Source: Laetmonice hystrix
Lineage: Eukaryota
DNA length: 64,000 nt
Assembly: GCA_965235115.1 (NCBI GenBank)
Contig: OZ249440.1
Location: forward strand, 33,358,001 to 33,422,000
Direction of reading: 5' to 3'
This document shows, piece after piece, positions 52,375 through 64,000 of the stretch; within the stretch, counting starts at the first letter, position 1, and each line of letters starts with the position of its first letter. Below the pieces are notes generated by a model. The model searched no databases and was not told where the DNA came from. It worked only from the letters and a program-made list of their open reading frames with translations. The position numbers and the translations under genes were made by a program.

Positions 52375-54182
52375 AGGTGATGAGCAAAGCCCTCTCCACT
52401 TTATATTCGGAATATGATTTGAGCCTTTATTGATAGCCACTAACAACGAAAATAATAAAGAAAACTCCAAATCTCTGCTTCCTTTTTTCACAGTTTGTGT
52501 TAAAATTGTTGCTCTCGAAATCTGCCAAAGAAAGACAGTGAAGGCGGCAACTCCCCTGTCTGCCGCTAGAGGGCCAGCGTGACGTAATCTGTGTCATAGA
52601 GTGGCACAGTCCGCGGTCACGCGTGCTGCCATTGTTTTGGTCATAAGACGTGGAACTTCTCTAAGTGCACAGCTCGATTTGAAGTATGGAGTCCGACTCA
52701 TTTGATTCTTATAATGGAATTTACGGTTCAGCCATATAGGCCTAGATGTACGAACCTCTGGCGAGCATCTGCCCCGCCCGCACACGCGTCCAATGCAATG
52801 GTACGGTCGTGGCCGTAGCGTAGGCGTAGCTATGCAGGGTGAGGGGGGGGGGGGGGTCCCGCCAAGTTGGGTAAAACATGTTTCCCTTACATAATGCTAA
52901 TATCTCTGTGACTACAGGTCTACACTACTTTTTTTAAAAACGCTCTAACGTTAGACTGCGTGTGCTTAGACTGGCCGCTAGCCAGCCCAAACGCCCAAGG
53001 CCAAGCCAAGGCCAAACGGTCGATCTGCTAGTGCTACTGCTAGTTAGACGTCCAATAAATAGCACATCAACCGTTAGGCCTACTCGTTAGGATGGCCAGC
53101 CTATCGCACAATGCTGAAGGACGAGACTCTCGCTTTAATATAGCTAATTATGCTAGGCAAATGCAAAGCATAGACAACCCGCCGAGCAAGTTCATGTTTA
53201 CATGTTTCCTCCGGCGTCCGCGCATATGCTAATTTGGTCCAATCACAATCGTAAGACTTGGTCACGTGGTGCATTAATCTTGGCTTCCCGCGAGGTAGGT
53301 CATTGTAGGCTATTAAAATTGACTAAGGTTTCATCTTCATTGGCAATTTAATAGGCCTATTTTATATTGGCCGACTCAGGGATTCAATCTTGCTCAACTC
53401 TACTCTTGACTCAAGCCAGAGTGGCCATGGAGGCATGACTGCCAAGCCCAAAGCGACAATCCGACATGCTCCAAGTCCAACTGGCAACGTCTACGCTATA
53501 AGTAGGCCTAGATCGGTATCAGCGAGGGGGGTTGAGACTTGAGTAAGCCTAGGGCTAGGCCTATGACTATGTTTTGTGTAGGCCTAAACCTTTCAAGGTG
53601 AAGCAGAAAAAATTACGTCGTAACGGAGCCCGGGGGCTGCAACCCCAGTTAACCGCGGTTACCCCCCCCCCGCCCCTCCCCGGGCGGATCAGCATGATCC
53701 CAACCAAGGGCAGGTGGGTCTGTTGTGCCTGTGTGTGGAGTGCCAACAGGGCGGGGGTGGCAATCCACAATTTTCGTACAGCTGCGTTTGATGGAAAGGT
53801 GAAAAAGCCAGTGCCACCCCCCGAAGCAGATCCGTTTTGGCAGTTGGGTGCCACACAATAAACCATCTTGCAGAATTCGTATTCAAGACGTAGAACTGCG
53901 TCGTTTGTGAGACTAGTGACGGTGGCCATGGTGGCTAGATGTGCCAGAGTTGTGCTATTTGACACAAATTACGTCACGTCACGTGATCATGACGGAAATA
54001 CCCGAAGAGCGACCGAGGCGGCACAGGTCGGCGCATCAGTATACATGCCACTAAAAACCTGTTCAAACTATGAAATATTTTGGATTTTAACTTAAATAAG
54101 GACAAGATTCGTTTTTATTGGCAATTAAACTCTTAGGGACATCATTCAGTTGCGTGAATTCAGATACCTTTGCACTTGACCT
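52375..54182. mobile_element. Non-autonomous Kolobok-type element with a THAP fragment
   Basis: TTAA|AGGT...ACCT|TTAA ends; minus-strand MVYCVAPNC...FFTFP...RKLW THAP N-terminus near 53760-53866. Confidence 0.65.
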
Positions 54183-54469
54183 TTAAAAATTCAAAGGGCC
54201 ATGGAAGGTGTGAACTTCTAAACAGTGTGCTGTACTAGTGCATGAGCTCTAACCTGGTTGGGGGAATATCTTGGGGAAGACCTTGCCATGTGATCAGGGA
54301 AATCCCAATTTGCATGCCTTGTAAGGGATGTTTCTATTGGTTGCTAATAATGCAACGTCACTCGAACTTCCAGGGGATCCCCTGAGGTGGATCAGAGGAA
54401 TACTTGCCTAAGTACTCCCTTAAAGGAGAAGTCCAGTCAAAAATCACATTTGGACAGCTGCAAGGCCTC

Positions 54470-57466
54470 TATATATATATATATATATAGTATTTATTCG
54501 TACCAGAGTGTGTACAATCGTGATGATTAATTAGAACAGAGGATTATGGCCTGTGCAATGTATCAGGCATCATAAGCAATTACAAGTTGAAAGAAATATC
54601 ATGAGGAGCATAGGTCATTTATCAACACGTCAACGTCTGCATAACTAAAGCCATGTAATGTTCTGATTTTGTCTTTCACGTCAAGAAGTTCACGAATGCA
54701 CAAAGCACGAGCTCGGGTAGTAGAGTCGAGGGGTTCTAAGCCAGTGTTACTATATTTAGTGGGAGGATCACAGCCATCGGTGGTCATACATTTGACCCAA
54801 TTACGGCCAAACGGCCCATTCGTGCAGCGACGGGCTCTCTCGCCAATTAACAGTACGTGCTCATTGTGACTAGTGACAAAAGACTTTATAAGTTTCGCCA
54901 CCCTTGCTATGTGCTGAGCGGCGAAGGAGCGTCCTTGTACAATTATTGGCAGTAGTGACCTGTGAGTGGTGGGAGGTAAGTTTAGCGTCCGCCTGACAGC
55001 CTTATTCCACTCTGTATTCATTTGTCGTGCCATTTTACTGTTAAGGTCCCAGGTTTGGCAACCGTACCATGAGCAGCAGTATGTCTGTAAAAGGCGACCT
55101 TTGACGCTACACGGAGCGATGGAAAATTTGTTATTTAACTTATTCACCTGAGATATCAAGACACCCTTCTTAACCCTAATGTCATCGCAGTCATTCAAGT
55201 TTCGGGTGATAATGTTGCCCAGGTGCTTCAGTTTCTCACTCCACACGATAGGCGTCCCATATAGAGTCATGCAACGCCGCGGTGAATGCCCATTAATGCA
55301 CATGCACATAGTTTTGGAGACATTAAACTTCACACTGTATTGATCAGCAAAGTCTTCTGATATGTTTAGCAATTCCTGGAGTGCGTCGATAGAGGGTGAA
55401 AGCAGGGCCACATCATCGGCGTATCCAAGGGCAGCGTAAGAAAGATGCCCGACATGACATCCGATGCCCGAGCTATTTACACGATTTAGCAATTCATCAA
55501 TGTACATGCAAAAGAGAATAGGCGAAAGAATTCCCCCCTGTTTCACACCATTCTCGGTGTGAAAGAAGTCGGAGACCACTCCGTTCCAAATGGTACACAT
55601 ACGCTGTCTCGTATACATGTCAAGTAACAGACGTGTCACTATGGCGGGTAGTTTTCTAACACGAAGCAATTCAAAAAGCTTGCCATAGTGCACTCTGTCG
55701 AAAGCTTTTGAGGCGTCCAGAGTGCACAAATATACGTCGGTATTATTGCGTTTATAGTAGCTACAAACCTCCTTCAAAACTGTAGTGCACATGTTGGTGG
55801 AATGCTTCGGTTTGAAGGCAAACTGAAGCTCACTGGTGAAAAGTACACCTCCATGCTTGTCTATAATAAGGATGTCAATTAGTTTGCATAGAGCAGAGCA
55901 CAGGGCAATGCCACGGTAATTGTCAGTACTGCATAAGTTACCACGAGGGTCCTTGGGGATACTGTTAAGTTACCACGAGGGTCCTTGGGGATACTGTTAA
56001 TAACTGAGTCGAGTAGACTGGATGGTGTGTAACCATGCGTAAACATTGAGTTCACCATCAGTGTAATATACACTTTAAAGAGATTACTACAGTATATAAA
56101 GTGACTTGAGTCTGTACCACGTAGACCATCAGATTTCTCATGTTTTAGCTTTAGCAACGACGTACAGACATCGTTAACTGACAGGACCGTACCTCCCATG
56201 AGCGGATCGGCATTTATTATGTCATAGCGGAGTTCACGCCTCAAGTTACTTAGTTCAATGGCAGAGGTAGGGACACTAGCATATAAATCACGATATTTGT
56301 CGGCGAAGGTCCCTGCTATCTCTGCGTCAGTGGTTGATCCGTTAACAGAACAAGGAATGTTATGCTTCCTAGACTCGAGTTTCTTAAGTTCTTGCCACAA
56401 GTTTCTATTATCGTTCTTGCTAACAGCATTGGCGATAGCAGACCGGCACATGTCGAGTTCATTGTTTCTGTGCAGTTTCACGGCTCTGTGGTACTTGGCC
56501 CGCGTGTGGCGCATTATACTTGCAAGAGCACCCGCAGGCGGCTTACCAGATTCTGCCCACAGCCGGTGCCAAAACAACGAGTCTTCACGCAGTGGTTTGA
56601 TGTGTTCGTTCCACATCGGTAGACGACCGCGGTGGGGTGCGCACTTGGGTAAAGTGACCTCACTTGCCCTGATGCAAGTGTCAATCAGCTGTTCACATAA
56701 ATGTTCAATGTTGGCGGTGTGATTGGCGTCAACACAAAGGGGATTATTACACGTTAGACTATCGTGGCACACATGGATGCTATCAAGCCGTTTATCCATT
56801 TCAGCCTTATAACATCTGATGTGTTTATCCTCAACTCTATGCCAAGAGACCTTATCAAGGCGACGCTTGGACTTCTTAATTGTCTGACCTCCGATCTCAT
56901 ATCTAAAAGTGATCATTATGTCTCTGTGATCACTTGGGTTTAGAGGACTCAAGTTGACGTGAAGACTTAGTATTTCAGAAAATAAGCTAGCTGACATGAG
57001 AAAATGATCAATGCAAGAGAATTGCATCAGGGAATAGTTAGCATATGTGTTCTCTTGGACGGTGTGGGGGTTTTCCCAACAGATACTCAAGATTGTTACG
57101 TTCCATAAATTCATTGAAACAAGCCACTTGTGCAGAATTTCGACTGGTATCAGTGTTCCAATCACCACAGATGATCACCTCGCCAGAATAATCAGACATT
57201 AAGGTCTCAATGTCAAATATCGTATCAGAGTAAACACTGTTTAGATTATTGACAGAGTAGTTGTCACACGGCATGTACACGTTAACAATTAATAACGACG
57301 GGCAACCCTCCTCTTGTACCCGTACTGCACACAGCCGTCTATTGGACATTTTAACACGTCTGACCCTATCAGCTATATTCCGTTTGTAAAAGATAGCAAG
57401 ACCTCCGTGTGGTCTTCCCACAATTATATCTTGTTCGCAATCCACTCCGCTGCTATATATACTCAC
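54470..57466 (-). mobile_element. Non-LTR retrotransposon, RTE-X/Proto2-like (APE plus RT), frameshifted
   Basis: GRPHGG, VYMPCD, GDWN, IDH, SDH; LDASKAFDRV, GVKQGGILSP, YADD; AATAAA and (TA)n tail; 32-bp tandem duplication at ~55935-55998. Confidence 0.88.
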
Positions 57467-58509
57467 CTTTCAGAGTAGTGGTTGGAAATAAATGTCCCCG
57501 TATTCCAAGAAGTCATAATGACAACCGTGTCAAAATCACTGGCTTCAGCAGCGCAGCCATTTGTTGCTATTAGGCTGGCCGGAAGTGATGTTCCAGGGCT
57601 AATCTTTTGCATGACAGGGCTAGGCTATACTAGGCTAAAGGCAGCCGAGGCGGGTGGCAAATTGACGAGGGTCAGTCCCACAGTCACAGTCACAACTAAA
57701 CGCAGCAGGTCTGTGCTGACTATGCTGACACTAGCTGCCATTGCTCGCGGTTGTAGTCAGAGTGGCGCCGGGCCTCAGGGGCCATGAGCTCCGTCAACAT
57801 CACACGAATCCGAGTGGGACGAATGCAGGCGGCTGAAACCCACGGCTGCCCAGATCCGTGTCCACCCTGATATGTCCCCTGACATCGGTAGGCTTTTCCT
57901 AGCCATTCCTCATCACGATCGATGTTTTTCGTCTATGTTCTAACAAATTTTGCTTATAAGCTGTCAACGTTCACTGCCTTCCAAATCGATCAACGCAACA
58001 GGTGCATCAGTTTTTAGTTTCTCCCAAACTGGAGAGCAGTCGTGCTGCGCATGCTCGCCTATAGGGCGATCATGCGCAGTTTGAGATTAGCCCAAGGAGC
58101 AGACGGTAATGGCGGTCTTCACCAGCTGAGCAGGTTGTAAGAAGCCTCCGGCACTAAAGTGCCTATATCTTAACTATCTGAGCACCAATTGTGTTCAAAT
58201 ATTTTTTAACTTGCTTAGAATATCACTGCATGTGTGCCTGGCCTGTACAGACTGGCGATGGTCTTTTCTTTTAAGTGTCTTTATGCATTACTCCTAAGTA
58301 TTGCACTTTCGCAAGTGGAATACTTTAGATTTAAGGGTAGTATTTATCCTCAGTTTAGGGGATTTTGATGCATACAGCCCCAGGACCTCTTCCTCCACCC
58401 ACACGATTCGCGACTCACGACTTACGGCAAACAAGTCGCCCCATTTATTCGCCTTTTACAAACAGCCAGGGGGGCTGGGGAACATTCTTACCCCGGTCCC
58501 CACGGGGCA

Positions 58510-59784
58510 AAAGGGTATCAAAGATTGTGAAGAGCAGTGAAAACTTTCAAATGGAGGAGTGTCAAAGGGACCAACAATACAACCCAACGAGGTCTCCTTC
58601 TCTATCTTGTTGTTCATAACTACCTCCAAATTTTCTGGCATAGGTGGATTGCGAACTTTGTTAGAGACTATAGGGCGTGCAAGTCTCGCGTCCTTGACCC
58701 CTAAATGACCCGAAATAGCCTCGAAACGCATCACGTTGGTCCCCAAACGATTGTTACGTCACAATTTCTCCATTGGTTTAACATGGGATGAGAAAACACA
58801 CTTTCAAACATCGACCAGATTTTTGTCAGTTTTGACATCTAATACATGAAATGTATTCTTTCATACGTAAAACAGAAGTTGAGAGTTGCCGGCTCCTATG
58901 GGAGTCGCAATGCTAAAGTGATGAGGTTACGACACGTTAGGACCAAAGCTGGCCGTTCTCGGGTTTTCTCATGTTTTCTCTTGACCCACTTGCACACTCT
59001 TCCCGACTTATCGCATCCTGATTTAAAGCCTTCTGTAAAACCTGAGTTTAGGTACATTGTCTCAATCTCCGGATAACCCGCTAGTCTCAAAAAGGGAAGC
59101 AAATTCTGAATTTTAACAGGGGTTGGAAGACTGCTGGTATTCCGAGAGTCCCTAGCACTAGATCCCATGTAACCCTGGTGCTGCAGGTAGTTACTTGGAT
59201 CTTTCCGTCGTCCGGGGAGTGGTTGGATGTTTCCCCCGGGACTGCTTGCATGAGGCCATTGGGTGTTCTCCATCACATTTCGGACATCTGTGCAGGAATC
59301 TACAAGAGTGTAGCGGACAGGTTACTGATCTGTGGAATAAGAAACAGAATCCTTTAGGGATGTCTTTCCCAAAATAGGTGGCCGACATGACCTTACCTTC
59401 CGCTAGGCGATGGGCTCTTGACAGAATCATAGCATCTAACAACAGATCTAAGTTCATTTGACCCCATTTTATTACCCCATCTGCCCACTGGGCCAACGAC
59501 CTAATGGACGATGTGGGGCGCTGGCCGACGGCAAGGGAGGGGTCTGAATCTCCCGATCATACACTGAATGTCAAAACTGACTCCTGTTTGAAGATCAACG
59601 TCGACAACTCCACATACTTTCCTTCCCAAACTTTTCTCTTCAAGGAGTCTGGGATTCCTGATACAAGAGAAGTCATGGCTGTATTCAAGGCAGCCTGTAG
59701 CGGCCGCACAGAAGCATTGATCAGGCATGTCAGTGTCTCAGAGATCCGCCCAATTTCCGAGAATTGAAATTGGCCCAAATCCAA
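58510..59784 (-). mobile_element. DIRS-type retroelement remnant (gag and start of RT)
   Basis: KVWEGKYVELSTLI, C-rich CRFLHRCPKCDGEH, LPTPV...GFTEGF, KIEKE...GPFDTPPF; broken by stops and insertions. Confidence 0.7.
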
Positions 59785-61529
59785 GGAATAAAAGCCTAGC
59801 TAGGCCTAATTCAGAGCCCAAAAACATAGCATCCAGCGCATTTTTGCTGACACCGTGCACACCAGATATCTTCCACCAATACCGTGCCGTCCTGGGCACC
59901 CTGACCGGCCTCGGAAGGGCCTCGGAAGAGCGTCAAGACGTGCTTCTGTTTACAAAGTTTCCGCGTCAGCGGAGAACTTTGCGTCTGCTAAAAAATCTAC
60001 GGAGTGAATGGCGTCTATCTCCTCTGCGATTGGCTAAAAATACATGGAAATTAAGTTGATATTATTTCCTCTAATGAGAACGCGTCGTTTATTCTCTGCC
60101 CTATTTGTAAACACAAATGTCATGGCGCCGACTGATGGATAGTGGTGCAAGCGTGTCGATACACGTACGGGATCCACGTATTCGTCTGGGTGTTACCTAA
60201 AATCTAAGCCAAAGGAATGGAAAAGTCTATTTGAAAAAAATTCTATTTGGCCTAGTTGAGGGGACGAGAGGTGGTGTAGGTTTGAAACCTAGGCTAAGCG
60301 AATCAGTCATGTGCACTAGTCGGCTGGCGGGCAAAGTGCCGGGAGAGGCGGTGTCGCTGCCTGGGGTGAGGTGTGAGTTGATCGGGGGGGGGGGGGGGGA
60401 CATTGCAAAATACGCCTTGCAGATCAGACAACCCAGACCTTGCCATTATCAGTCTGCCCCAAGACTGGAGCAGTGCTTAGTTCCGCCCAGCCTAAGATGG
60501 TTCCAAGTGAAAGTGAAAAAAATAATTGAGGATTTAATTTTTTTTAAATTTAGATCTAAAACAATTCTCCCAGGTTGAAAACCTTCATTTTTGATGGGTT
60601 TTTTTCAGTGAAATGGGGGGGGGGGGGGCGGGGGGTTATTACAGCTGCCAACAATTTTGGTCTGGGCCACTGACATGCCTGATTGATAGGGGTCTGGTAG
60701 GCTACTAGAGCATCTATCAGTAGTGATAGCTAAAATCGGGCGCACAGAAAACGTTGATAGTGGAGTCCCCTTACCAATAGGGAGCCGAAGTAGGTCACGA
60801 GATGTTGCGTTACAACGCGATAAAAGTCGATTTTGTTGACACGTCATTATCGCTCACGCTTGTTTAGCATTGCGCTGGCCATAGGGAACGGCGAACGCCA
60901 ACTTCAACTCGTGATTTCTCTGTAATTATGCTGCCCTTTGTAATGAAACCTTCCCAGATATTTGTATCAACCTGTTTTATGCTTGAATAACTAATTTTTA
61001 TACATAACAACACGAAACTCTTCAAGACTAGGCTGATCTTTGGAACGATGTCTCTTTATCCTATGTTAAACCAATGGGGAAATTTGTGACGCAACAATTG
61101 TGTATCAACATTGACGCTCCATTTGTACCTCCTATCCAGAAAATCCATAACCGTGCCGCGAGACTTCGGCTCCCTATGGTGATAGTGTATCAGTAGAAGG
61201 GCGCACAGAAACGGTAATAGACTATCAACAGGTATGCTGATTTATCAATTCACTATGGGTGGCTCAAGCACCTATAGCGCTGTTGATAGCGACAATATAG
61301 GGCCGTATCCCGGGGGGGGGGGGTCTGTAACCCCCCTTTGGTCCAGCCTTAAAAATAAATAATAGACTTTTTTTGAAATATCTAACCTTTATTGCAGCCA
61401 CACAAATGGTGCCCTTCACCCCTTCGTCGGTCGCAGATTTTGCAACCCCTTTAGGCCACTTGGCAGGATACGGCCCTGCAATCAGACGGTAATTTGAACA
61501 GTTTACTGTGGAACTTTAGTTCAGACAAA

Positions 61530-62640
61530 AGCAATGTGGCGAGCTGAGGCTGATGTTTTTTTCACAAACGAAGGGCACCATAGGAAACGATACAACCCCT
61601 TTGAAGAGGAAAATGAAGCTGCATTCTTTTCCATATACAGATTCAGTAAAGCTGCCTTTACACAGTTATAGACATCTTGCAACCTTCCCTGGAAAGGACC
61701 ACAGCTCGGTAAGTTATCGATAAAGATCGTAACTACTAATGTGTATCAAAATATTACTTGAGAATATTTTATGTATGGAGCTATTTTATTATGCCTTTTT
61801 TGTTGCCATGGATCCCTCACTGCAGTTATGCACAGCCGTACGTTACTTTGTCCAAGGAGGGTAGGCCCTATCTGCCAATAGTTGGGGATCCTCACGGATT
61901 ATCACCTCGTGCAACAAGCAATTGCATTTACACTGTGGCCAGCGCTATCTGCTGAAACATGCACAGATTCATACATTGGCCGGGAGATGGGGAATTGCGG
62001 GAATGTAAGATGGAGTTTTATCAGAAGGAGGATGGCCATCTATTGTTGGGTTAATCGATGGGACTCACGTCCCGCTCTACACACCCTTTCCCCCGTTTGA
62101 CGAAAGTGTTTGTCAACAGGAAGGGTTTCCATTCTTTAAATGTGCAGATAATTTGTAATGCGCAGCTAAAAAATTACAGTCTTGATGCGAGGTTTCCTGG
62201 TTGGGTGCCATGATTCCTACATTCTGCCCAACACCACTATTTGGGATAGGTTTGAAGAAAACACAATGCCAAATAGTTGGATGTTGGGGGATTCTGGCTA
62301 CCCCCTAAACCATGGCTACTAACACCATTTGCGAACCCAGAAAACGAAGTTCAAGAAAGGTATAACATCAGGCATAAACAAATTCGTTCGGCTGTCGAAC
62401 GCTGCAATGGCATACTGAAGATGCGTTGGCGTTGCCTTACCAAACAAATAATGTTCCAACCTCCAAGGGCATCAAGGATCATTGCAGCTTGCAGGGCATT
62501 GCACAATTTTGCACTAGATAATAACGAACGGTCACCTAATGATTTTGTTAATAAGAAATGTGCAAGTGAATGCCAATTTCGTCCAAGACGCAACTATTGT
62601 GGGTCGAGATAATAAAGGGATACGAATGCGTCAAGATTTA
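61530..62640 (+). pseudogene. Degenerate Harbinger (HARBI1-like) DDE transposase
   Basis: YRFSK, IDGTHV, NRKGFHSLNVQ, GDSGYP, LLTPF...YN...R...VERCNGILKMRWRCL across frames. Confidence 0.85.
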
Positions 62641-64000
62641 GCTAACACAGACTCTTCAGACGACAGTGACAAATCTACTGACACTTCAGGTAAAGTCATA
62701 GTTATTGGCCAAAAATCCACATATTTTCTGAAAGCCCATGCTCTGGGGACTTTAGAAATGTGGTCAGTTAAATTCTACAGGTCCGTCCTGATAAAATAAT
62801 GGGTATGTGTTCAATTTGGGGCATATTTTGGTATTTTTGCACCGAAATTTGATATTTCTAAAACGTACAGAAACAGTAGCTGGTGATGAATATATATTGT
62901 TTATTAACAAAAACACTAAGAAATATAAAGAGGCTTTTAATTTATTACTTAATGAATTTTAATAACTTTTAATTAAAGTGTAACAAGGATCTGAAATTAA
63001 TGGTACTTTTTTTCTTTCGAAAGAGCATCGTTGAAACTTCTTGTAAATCATCCCCTGCAAGCTTTGTGAAAATAAAAAGCATTTTATTAAATATACCCAC
63101 ATTTATATCTCCATATATGACAATCTTGGAATCACACTAATCCTCGGCAATCTTCGGTAAACTCCGGAGTGTGACGTGTCAACGTGTGCAGAGCCGCCAT
63201 TATGACTGTGACCGTAGTAGGCTAAAGTCGGCCGTGTGTTGTTTTCGGGATATGCCTTACATGATCATCCTCAAATTCCATTGCCACGCAGGTAAATCCA
63301 GGTGTCAAGGACAATGAGTGGAGTAAACGAGTGAATAAATGGCGGTGTGCCGCAATGTTGTGGTAAGAGAAGCGTGGACAATCATGCGGGCGTGTATCGT
63401 TGGCCAAACCAGGACCGGTCTCCCGTCAGCCGGTCAGGAACAGGACCATTACTTGACCAAGGTCCAAGCAGTCTGTCCTATCATGTTAACCCAAGAGTAA
63501 ACGACCAAGGCAACCAGAAAATTATCCATCCCACCCAGCCCAACCCCATTCATCATTCTGAGTTTTGACAAAATTCGGACAGGATTTTAGTCTACCCCGG
63601 GCCCCGTCCATGGGTCGGCCGTGAACGAGTTGGGAGTGTTGTAAACAGCGTGCTGTCGTCAGCTGGCGAGGCAAAGCGGGGACGGTTAACATAGTCATGG
63701 GCTATGTTGACAATTTTGTGCGGTTGCACAGGGGTTCACACTACAGCCCTGGGGCATGCTCTTCCAGAAACAAATGAAATCTAGTCCGATAGCCTATAGG
63801 GTGTAGACGGTAGGCGTTATCCACCGGGACAGGTTGCCCAAGTCCCGGGCTCGCAGTCACAGCCTCGGAGGCTGGGTCGGCTCAGCGACTGCAGACCCTC
63901 AACAACAGTTGTCAACTTGCACACATAGTACGCCTATCTGATCTAGGCCTAGGCTATGATCTAGCATGGCTATGCCTATGCCAAAGGGAAAAATCAATAT

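Noticed and set aside
58750..61100. Single TIR element capturing the DIRS fragment
   Set aside because: The inverted matches look like two opposed copies of a small repeat; DIRS sequence continues outside the left one and no TSD was found
62277..62612. Domesticated HARBI1 host gene
   Set aside because: Multiple frameshifts and stops upstream indicate a decayed transposase

Overview
Repeat-rich eukaryotic DNA, probably from an invertebrate animal; the taxon cannot be fixed from sequence. One apparently intact host gene is supported: a three-exon gamma-glutamyltranspeptidase (GGT) on the minus strand (CDS 21057-20966, 15601-13921, 11859-11689; 647 aa). Its second intron is built from about 14 tandem copies of its own exon end plus splice donor. 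Upstream of its ATG lie tandem arrays carrying ARE/AP-1, UPRE/CRE and E-box motifs. The rest is tandem repeats and transposable elements: a 159/168-bp satellite interrupted by a CR1/L2-type LINE, a 2.4-kb perfect (CCAT)n, several minisatellites, many MITEs (PIF/Harbinger, Kolobok, Tc1/mariner-like), and degenerate Academ, hAT, I/Nimb-like, RTE-X/Proto2-like, DIRS and Harbinger remnants. The most notable element is a young Ty3/Gypsy LTR element (40296-48092, minus) encoding an F-type envelope glycoprotein, i.e. an errantivirus-like endogenous retrovirus. All calls come from reading motifs by eye; no database searches were run.
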